A stretch of DNA of 64,000 nt from a candidate division FCPU426 bacterium (GTDB lineage: Bacteria; Oederibacteriota; Muellerivitia; Muellerivitales; Muellerivitaceae): contig JASHNQ010000028.1 in assembly GCA_030041545.1 (NCBI GenBank), positions 6,150 through 70,149 on the forward strand. The letters are read 5' to 3'. The notes under the pieces are model-generated. The model saw only the letters and a program-made list of their open reading frames with translations, made no database searches and was not told where the DNA came from. How positions within the stretch are numbered: position 1 is the first letter of the stretch; every line of letters begins with the position of its first letter. A program made the translations under genes and the position numbers. Positions 57,914-64,000 of the stretch are shown one piece after another.

Positions 57914-60513
57914 CCCCTGAACGCGAAGTCACGGGCGCCTCCACCCCCGGACAAAGTGCCTCTTTTTCCCATCTTAACCGCCACATTCCTCCCCTGGCTC
58001 ACACAGCCATGTACGTTTGGCATAAATACTGGGGTCGAAAGACCTGGAATGTCGTTGGAGAATTCATAAAAACTTACTGTCCACCAGGCGGGGTTGTTTT
58101 AGATCCGTTTTCAGGGAGCGGCGTGGTGGCCATGGAAGCCCTTAAACAAGGCCGCCGTGTCATTGTCTGCGACCTTTCGCCTGTAGCCACGGAAATTACC
58201 CGCCTGACCATCAAGCCTGTGGACATCCAAGAACTGCGCCGGGCTTTTGAGAGAGTGGAAAAGAAAGTCAAAGATAAAATTCTTTCCTTATACGAAACAA
58301 AATGTCGGAAATGCGGAAAAATTATTCCTATGGATTGCGCTGTTTGGAAAGATGGTAGATACACAGAAATTCGATATGAAAATTGTTCAAAATGTGGAGA
58401 TCGGCAAGAAAATAAATGTTTTCTAAACGCTTTTGATAAGAAAAAGCTGAAAGAAATTGAAGAATTGAAGATACGGTCGTGGTATCCAAAAAATCGGCTT
58501 GAATATAGTGATGGAACTCCTTTCAAAGAGCGCCAGCAATACAAATCGATAGATGAACTTTTTACTAAACGAAACCTTACCGCGCTTGCTTGGTTAATGG
58601 AAAAAATAAATGATGAAAAAGATAAAGACTTACGTGATTTTTTAAAAATAGCATTTACATCAATGGTTCATCTTTGTAGCCGTATGCGTCCTGAGGACCA
58701 ACCGGGACGAAGACCATTTAGCGGCGCAGGATGGACGCAACATAGTTACTGGTTTGCAAAATGGTTTTTGGAAGTCAATGTCTGGAATACTTTTGAGAGG
58801 GCCGTGATAGGTAGACAAAGTCTTTTGGGGGCTAAACAAGAGTCCAACGAATTTTTTTCAAGAATTCGTATCGCCTCAAAAGTAGATGATGTTCTTGAAG
58901 AAAAAGCGCACGTATATATTCACAATGGTGATTCAATTGATTTCATGAAAACATTAGCTGAACGTCGCGGCGAGTGTGTCGATTATATATTTACTGATCC
59001 CCCCTATGACGCTTCGGTGCAGTATGGTGAGCTGACTTATCTTTGGGCTTCTTGGCTTGGGAAAGACGAAGCCTATACTGAAGAGCTGCGTTCTCATGAG
59101 GTTGTTCGCAATGAACGGCAAGGGAAGCCTTATGAAACGTATCATTCCCTTTTGAAAAATGCTTTTCTTCGAATGTATGAAGCTATCAAGTCTAATCGGT
59201 TTATGACGATCACCTTCCACAACCCGACGTTTCGCGTTCGAAACGATACCATTCACGCTGGAGTGGTTGCGGGCTTCGAACTTCAGAAAATTCACCACCA
59301 ACCGCTTGGTCAAAAATCTCCTAAAGCATTACTTCAGCCTTTTGGATCAGCGCAAGGTGACTTCTATCTCCGGTTCTACAAACACACGACCTCTCAAGCT
59401 GCCCAACAACCGGGTGTCATGGAGGATCAGAGGTTTGAGCGAATCGTAGTGGAAACAGCCAAACGCATCATCGCGGAACGTGGTGAGCCAACTCCCTACA
59501 CTATCCTGATTAACGCCATTGACCCGGAATTAGCCAAAAATGGCCACTTCCGCGAAACGACAGGTGGTTTGGATGTTCGGAAAGTTCTGGAGAAGCATTT
59601 AGACCAGGAATTCGTTTTAGTTTCTGTTCTTTTGGGGGATAAGAAAGGCGAGGCTTGGTGGTTCAAGAATCCTTCGACGATTTCGCACTTGGAAAGCGTT
59701 CCCTTGGACGAACGGGTGGAACAGACGGTTTTGCGGAAGCTGCAGGCGCAGGGCAAGGTTACCTTTACCGACATGTGGAAAGCCATTAGCGAGGAATTCC
59801 CCAACTCCTTAACGACGGATGTCACGAGTATTCGGGACGCCTTAGAAACTTACGCCCGAAAATCGGGGCGTGAAGAATGGCTTATCAAAGAAAATTTCAA
59901 GCAAGCACCCGTAAAGCGAACACATACCCGCATGATCGCTATTCTCGCCGATATCGGAAAAGCCAAGAGTTACGGTATTTGGATTGGGCGTCGGGAACAG
60001 CGGGATTCCATTTCTGAGGGATTCCCCAATAGGCAAGGAGAGCTTCGTCAATATCTTACCCGCGATTCATTGGACGGCATTGAAAACGCAAGAAATTTCA
60101 ATGACGTTGAATTTGTGGACATTCTTTGGCTGAAAGGAAAAAAGATTGTTGCCGCATTCGAGATCGAGACAACCACCGCCATGACTGAAGCCCTGAAACG
60201 GGGCTCGAATATTGATCCTAAGGTACTGAAATACATGATTATTCCGCAGGACCGAGAGGAACAACTTCAAAGAAAACTAAAATCACCCTTGTTTGCTGAC
60301 CGCTTCGTGCAAGATTCCTGGAAAGTTATATACGCCGAGAAGTTGGACAGTGTTTACGCCAAAGAAAAAGAAGATGTGGACGTTGAAGCCATCCAAGGTG
60401 TCAAGATGCCCAGGGCTCTTGCCAAAGTGGTAAAGGAAAATAGGAATCAATTGGGGCTTTTCGGGGGCGCTGAAGAACCGAATGAGGAATCCGAGGAGGA
60501 AGAATCCGAATAA
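57910..60513 (+). CDS. Amino-DNA methyltransferase (motif I before motif IV, zinc ribbon) fused to a putative PD-(D/E)XK-like nuclease domain
   Basis: VLDPFSGSG, CRKC...CSKC, FTDPPY; C-terminal VDILW...AAFEIETT; ATGA overlap; AT-rich. Confidence 0.85.
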   Translation: MTPEREVTGASTPGQSASFSHLNRHIPPLAHTAMYVWHKYWGRKTWNVVGEFIKTYCPPGGVVLDPFSGSGVVAMEALKQGRRVIVCDLSPVATEITRLTIKPVDIQELRRAFERVEKKVKDKILSLYETKCRKCGKIIPMDCAVWKDGRYTEIRYENCSKCGDRQENKCFLNAFDKKKLKEIEELKIRSWYPKNRLEYSDGTPFKERQQYKSIDELFTKRNLTALAWLMEKINDEKDKDLRDFLKIAFTSMVHLCSRMRPEDQPGRRPFSGAGWTQHSYWFAKWFLEVNVWNTFERAVIGRQSLLGAKQESNEFFSRIRIASKVDDVLEEKAHVYIHNGDSIDFMKTLAERRGECVDYIFTDPPYDASVQYGELTYLWASWLGKDEAYTEELRSHEVVRNERQGKPYETYHSLLKNAFLRMYEAIKSNRFMTITFHNPTFRVRNDTIHAGVVAGFELQKIHHQPLGQKSPKALLQPFGSAQGDFYLRFYKHTTSQAAQQPGVMEDQRFERIVVETAKRIIAERGEPTPYTILINAIDPELAKNGHFRETTGGLDVRKVLEKHLDQEFVLVSVLLGDKKGEAWWFKNPSTISHLESVPLDERVEQTVLRKLQAQGKVTFTDMWKAISEEFPNSLTTDVTSIRDALETYARKSGREEWLIKENFKQAPVKRTHTRMIAILADIGKAKSYGIWIGRREQRDSISEGFPNRQGELRQYLTRDSLDGIENARNFNDVEFVDILWLKGKKIVAAFEIETTTAMTEALKRGSNIDPKVLKYMIIPQDREEQLQRKLKSPLFADRFVQDSWKVIYAEKLDSVYAKEKEDVDVEAIQGVKMPRALAKVVKENRNQLGLFGGAEEPNEESEEEESE

Positions 60514-60600
60514 GAATGACTCTATTCCCCCTGTCCCGCATATCCTTGCCAAATTATTTAAAAGGAAAATGTGGGACTATACCATCCTCTTTAAAATTTT

Positions 60601-60782
60601 CGGAACTATGCACTTGGCAAAGCAAATCCAGTTACCCCCTTTGAAAAAGGGGGGAAGGGGGGTATTAGCTTTTGCCGAAACCATCGGAAAGGCTAACTTC
60701 CCCTCTCATCCCCCTCTTTCAGAGGGGGAAGTTGTTTTTATGCGACAGTACTCTAGCCTGCTTTGCCAAGTGCATAGTTCTG
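60601..60782. mobile_element. MITE, inverted copy of 24164-24345; possible 7-bp target duplication AAATTTT
   Basis: GAACTATGCACTTGGCAAAGCA / TGCTTTGCCAAGTGCATAGTTC; AAATTTT at 60594-60600 and 60783-60789. Confidence 0.85.
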
Positions 60783-60832
60783 AAATTTTTTATAGATGGG
60801 TGGCATGTGAACTTTGTGGTTAAAGGGATGTT

Positions 60833-62722
60833 ATGTGCGGCATAGCGGGTTTCTGCCAATTTAAGCCGGGCCAGCCCTTGAAGATGAAGCACCTCGAGGC
60901 CATGGTGGAGGCCATCAAGCACCGGGGGCCGGACGACAAGGGCTTCTACCAGAAGGGGTCGGTGGGGCTCGGCATGTCGCGCCTTGCCATCGTGGACGTG
61001 GCCGGTGGCTCCCAACCCATCGCGGGTGAAAGAAGCAAGGTCTGGGTCGTCGGCAACGGCGAGATCTACAACCACTTGGAGCTACGAAAGCCCCTGGAGG
61101 ATGCCGGCCACCATTTCACCTCCAACAGCGACATCGAAGTCATCGTTCACGCTTACGAGGAATACGGTGACAAGTTCGTTTCCAAGTTGCGGGGCATGTT
61201 CGCCTTCGCCCTTTGGGACGAGACCTTCCAAAAGCTCATCCTGGCCCGCGACCACGTGGGGGTGAAGCCGCTTTACTACACCACGGCCGACGGAAATCTC
61301 GTCTTCGGTTCCGAGATCAAACCGCTCCTCACCCTCGACACCGTGCCAAGGACAGTGGATTCCAAGCAAATCCTCACGCTCATGACCCTGCAGTACGTGC
61401 CCACGCCCGACACGCTCTTCAAGGGCATCCGCAAACTTCCCGCGGGGCATACCTTGATCTGTCAAAGCGGCAAAATTTCCGTCAAGCCCTTTTGGGAGCT
61501 GCCGCGCATTTCGGTGGAGGCCAAAGATGAAGTCAGCTCCGGGCAGGAAAAAAGCCTGGTCGAGGAACTTCGTTTCAAATTTTTCGCCAGCGTCAAAGAA
61601 CAGCTCATGGCCGACGTGCCCTTGGGCGCTTTTCTTTCGGGGGGGGTGGATTCCTCCTTTACCGTGGCGGCCATGACCCAGCAGACCCGCCAGTCGGTCA
61701 AGACCTACGCGGTGGGTTTCGAGAACGAGAACGATTTCAACGAACTCAAGTTCGCCCAGAAGGTCTCGCGATTCCTCAAGAGCCAGCACCGGGAGATCAT
61801 GGTCAACGCCCAGATGCTTAACGACCTCATCCCCAAGCTGGTCAAGTACCAGGACGACCCGGTCATTGACCCGGCGGTTTTGCCCACCTTCGTGGTCTCG
61901 CTTTTCGCCCGGCAGGAAGTGAAGGTGGTCTTGACGGGCGAGGGCGCGGATGAGCTTTTCGGCGGCTACCGGCGCTATTCCTTTGACCAGCTTTCGGGCC
62001 GGGTGAAGCTGGTGCCCGGCTGGCTCAAGGCGCTGGTGCCCTTTGTCACCAACCGCATGAAGGACCCCTACAAGCAGGCCTGGCAGGCCTTGAATAAAGA
62101 GGATTTGGTGAAGCGCCACATGGCCTGGTCGCGCCTTTGCCTGGAGGAAACCCTGCAAGGTCTGGCCGGGGACAAGCTTTTATATGAGATGGAACATTCC
62201 AAGGTCGAGGAATCGCTGGAAAAGATTTTTGAAGGCGCGGAAAGCTACGGCTTCGACAACTTGAACCTGATGCTTTACATGGACCTCAAGACCTGGTTGC
62301 CGGACGACCTTTTGAGCAAGGTAGACCGCATGAGCATGGCTGCCTCACTGGAAGCCCGGGTACCCTACCTGGACCACCGGCTAGTGGAATTCGCCTTTGC
62401 CCTGCCATCTTCCATGAAGCTGCGGGGAAACACTGCCAAGTACATCCTCAAGAAAGCCGCTTCCAAATATCTGCCCAAGGAAATCATTAATCGCAAGAAG
62501 ATGGGCTTCGGAGTGCCACTGGCCGCCTGGTTCCGCAAGGAATTGCGGCCTTTGCTGGTGGATACCCTCCATTCCGAGAAGTTCCAGAAGCGGGGCTATT
62601 TCAATATCGCCAAAACCGAGGAAATTCTGCAGGAACACCTGGCAGGCAAGAATGACCATCACCTGCTTTTGTATGGGTTACTGTTGGTGGAGTTGTGGCA
62701 TCGGAGATTTATTGATGAATAG
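60833..62722 (+). CDS. asnB: Asparagine synthase (glutamine-hydrolysing) family amidotransferase
   Basis: MCGIAG, HRGPD, NGEIYN, FLSGGVDSS, GEGADELFGGY, KVDRMSMAASLEARVPYLD. Confidence 0.94.
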   Translation: MCGIAGFCQFKPGQPLKMKHLEAMVEAIKHRGPDDKGFYQKGSVGLGMSRLAIVDVAGGSQPIAGERSKVWVVGNGEIYNHLELRKPLEDAGHHFTSNSDIEVIVHAYEEYGDKFVSKLRGMFAFALWDETFQKLILARDHVGVKPLYYTTADGNLVFGSEIKPLLTLDTVPRTVDSKQILTLMTLQYVPTPDTLFKGIRKLPAGHTLICQSGKISVKPFWELPRISVEAKDEVSSGQEKSLVEELRFKFFASVKEQLMADVPLGAFLSGGVDSSFTVAAMTQQTRQSVKTYAVGFENENDFNELKFAQKVSRFLKSQHREIMVNAQMLNDLIPKLVKYQDDPVIDPAVLPTFVVSLFARQEVKVVLTGEGADELFGGYRRYSFDQLSGRVKLVPGWLKALVPFVTNRMKDPYKQAWQALNKEDLVKRHMAWSRLCLEETLQGLAGDKLLYEMEHSKVEESLEKIFEGAESYGFDNLNLMLYMDLKTWLPDDLLSKVDRMSMAASLEARVPYLDHRLVEFAFALPSSMKLRGNTAKYILKKAASKYLPKEIINRKKMGFGVPLAAWFRKELRPLLVDTLHSEKFQKRGYFNIAKTEEILQEHLAGKNDHHLLLYGLLLVELWHRRFIDE

Positions 62723-62761
62723 TAATCCTGATATTTTGTACGTTCTTCTAGGGGGATGCTA

Positions 62762-62794
62762 GTTCGTGACCGAGTTTGCCTTTGGCAACATTTA
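62762..62794 (+). repeat. Orphan diverged fragment of the downstream CMD gene (27/33 identical to 63726-63758)
   Basis: Reads FVTEFAFGNI* versus FVTEFAFGDIY; five of six mismatches synonymous. Confidence 0.8.
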
Positions 62795-62919
62795 GACGCC
62801 TAGTCCGCAGTGGCTTCTTCAGCTTTAATGCTTCTCCCTGATAATTCGCGCCTTGAAAAAAGTAAAACTTTAATTAAAATAGTAAAGAAATATTAATGAA
62901 AGTAAGTATTGGAGGGTTC

Positions 62920-63189
62920 ATGCTTGGCACTAACATTTCGGCCAAGGGGCAGGTGACCATCCCCAAGGATATCCGCAAGGCTTTGGGCTTGAAAGCAGGG
63001 GATCGGGTGACGTTCGTGGCGGATGGGGACAAGGCCCTTTTGTTTCCGGTCCGGGGCGATGTTTTAAGCCTAAAAGGCATTTTGAAGCCTTATTTCAAGG
63101 ATAAAAAGGCCATCAGCGTAGCGGAAATGCACGAGACAGCCAAGGCCTATGTCGTTGAACAATGGCACAAGCACCGGCAGGGCCGTTGA
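62920..63189 (+). CDS. AbrB/MazE-type antitoxin
   Basis: ISAKGQVTIPKDIRKALGLKAGDRVTF; SD GGAGG. Confidence 0.92.
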   Translation: MLGTNISAKGQVTIPKDIRKALGLKAGDRVTFVADGDKALLFPVRGDVLSLKGILKPYFKDKKAISVAEMHETAKAYVVEQWHKHRQGR

Positions 63190-63192
63190 TTT

Positions 63193-63597
63193 ATGCAATT
63201 AATCGACACAAATGTCCTTTTGCGGCTGTTTCTTGAGGACGATAAGCGTCAAGCCCATGCCGTCCAAGAGCTTTTCCAAAAAACATTCCACGATAAGAAA
63301 AAGTTGTTCGTGCCCGACATGGCGATAGCCGAGATCGTTTGGTTTTTGGAAAAGAAAGAAGGGCTTTCGAGCCCAGTCATCGCGACCATCCTTCGTTTCG
63401 CATTGGAAGACGAGAGGATGGTTTTTGAAAACCAACAAAGGCTTTTGGTGGCCACCGCCTTTTATGAGCAACATTCAGTTGATTTCATCGACGCTTACCA
63501 AGCCGCATTGGTTCAAGAAAAGGGTTTGGAGGCGGTTGTTTCTTTTGATAAGGACTTCTCCCGGCTGCCGGTTCGCTGGATTAAGCCGGGGGCATAA
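63193..63597 (+). CDS. VapC-type PIN domain toxin
   Basis: IDTNVLLR, IAEIVW, DFIDAY, SFDKDF. Confidence 0.92.
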   Translation: MQLIDTNVLLRLFLEDDKRQAHAVQELFQKTFHDKKKLFVPDMAIAEIVWFLEKKEGLSSPVIATILRFALEDERMVFENQQRLLVATAFYEQHSVDFIDAYQAALVQEKGLEAVVSFDKDFSRLPVRWIKPGA

Positions 63598-63615
63598 GGA
63601 AAAGGGGCTAGCGGC

Positions 63616-64000
63616 ATGAAAGATGAACGTCACGAGAAAGGTTGGAAGAAATTCCAAGAAATCCACGGGCCGGTGGCGAAGGCCACCGTTGAAAGCCTGA
63701 AGGACATCAGCCCCGAGCTGGGGAGGTTCGTAACCGAGTTCGCTTTTGGGGACATCTACTCCCGCCCCGGGCTGGACTTGAAGACCCGCCAAATGCTGAC
63801 CATTGCCTCGCTCGTCACCCTGGGGAACGCACCGCTACAACTCAAGTCCCACATCAAGGGCGCCTTGAACGTGGGGGTAACCAAACAGCAAATCGTGGAA
63901 GTGATTCTTCAAATGGCGGTTTATGCCGGTTTTCCTGCGGCCATGAACGCCATGTACGCGGCGAAAGAAGTTTTTAAAGATAGAGAAAGACGCAAGGGAA
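63616..64000 (+). CDS. Carboxymuconolactone decarboxylase family protein (runs off window)
   Basis: FAFGDIYSRPGLDLKTRQMLT...HIKGALNVG...MAVYAGFPAA; no stop before window end. Confidence 0.9.
   Translation, partial: MKDERHEKGWKKFQEIHGPVAKATVESLKDISPELGRFVTEFAFGDIYSRPGLDLKTRQMLTIASLVTLGNAPLQLKSHIKGALNVGVTKQQIVEVILQMAVYAGFPAAMNAMYAAKEVFKDRERRKG

Overview
GC-rich bacterial chromosomal segment with about 55 protein-coding genes. No rRNA, tRNA, CRISPR array, integrase or transposase could be supported. The cell is probably diderm (beta-barrel OMP, GT9); assignment to an uncultured lineage such as FCPU426 is only a weak inference from the Thr/Pro-rich surface proteins and many GT-C-type proteins. 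Housekeeping blocks: ilvD, bcp, a Ser/Ser dapF variant, hemD-hemE fusion/hemH/hemY, dksA-like, lemA-htpX-like, asnB-like, two surface-glycosylation clusters, and the cp-ATP-grasp/alpha-E/Anbu/transglutaminase operon. Accessory genes: two vapBC-type pairs, a nucleotidyltransferase pair, a Fic-MerR fusion, a broken cPLA2/patatin-like gene, and a tandem RadC-N protein coupled to a methyltransferase-nuclease fusion. The most striking structure is non-coding. (i) Toxin-type cassettes are bracketed by short direct repeats that are synonymously diverged copies of the neighbouring gene's coding sequence; three copies of one gene's 3' end delimit two stacked cassettes at 24.6-26.8 kb. (ii) Most intergenic gaps carry palindromic repeats of at least five families, often nested in each other and inside MITE-like terminal inverted repeats; one has a clean 8-bp target duplication inside a gene. 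All product calls come from motif recognition, not database searches.
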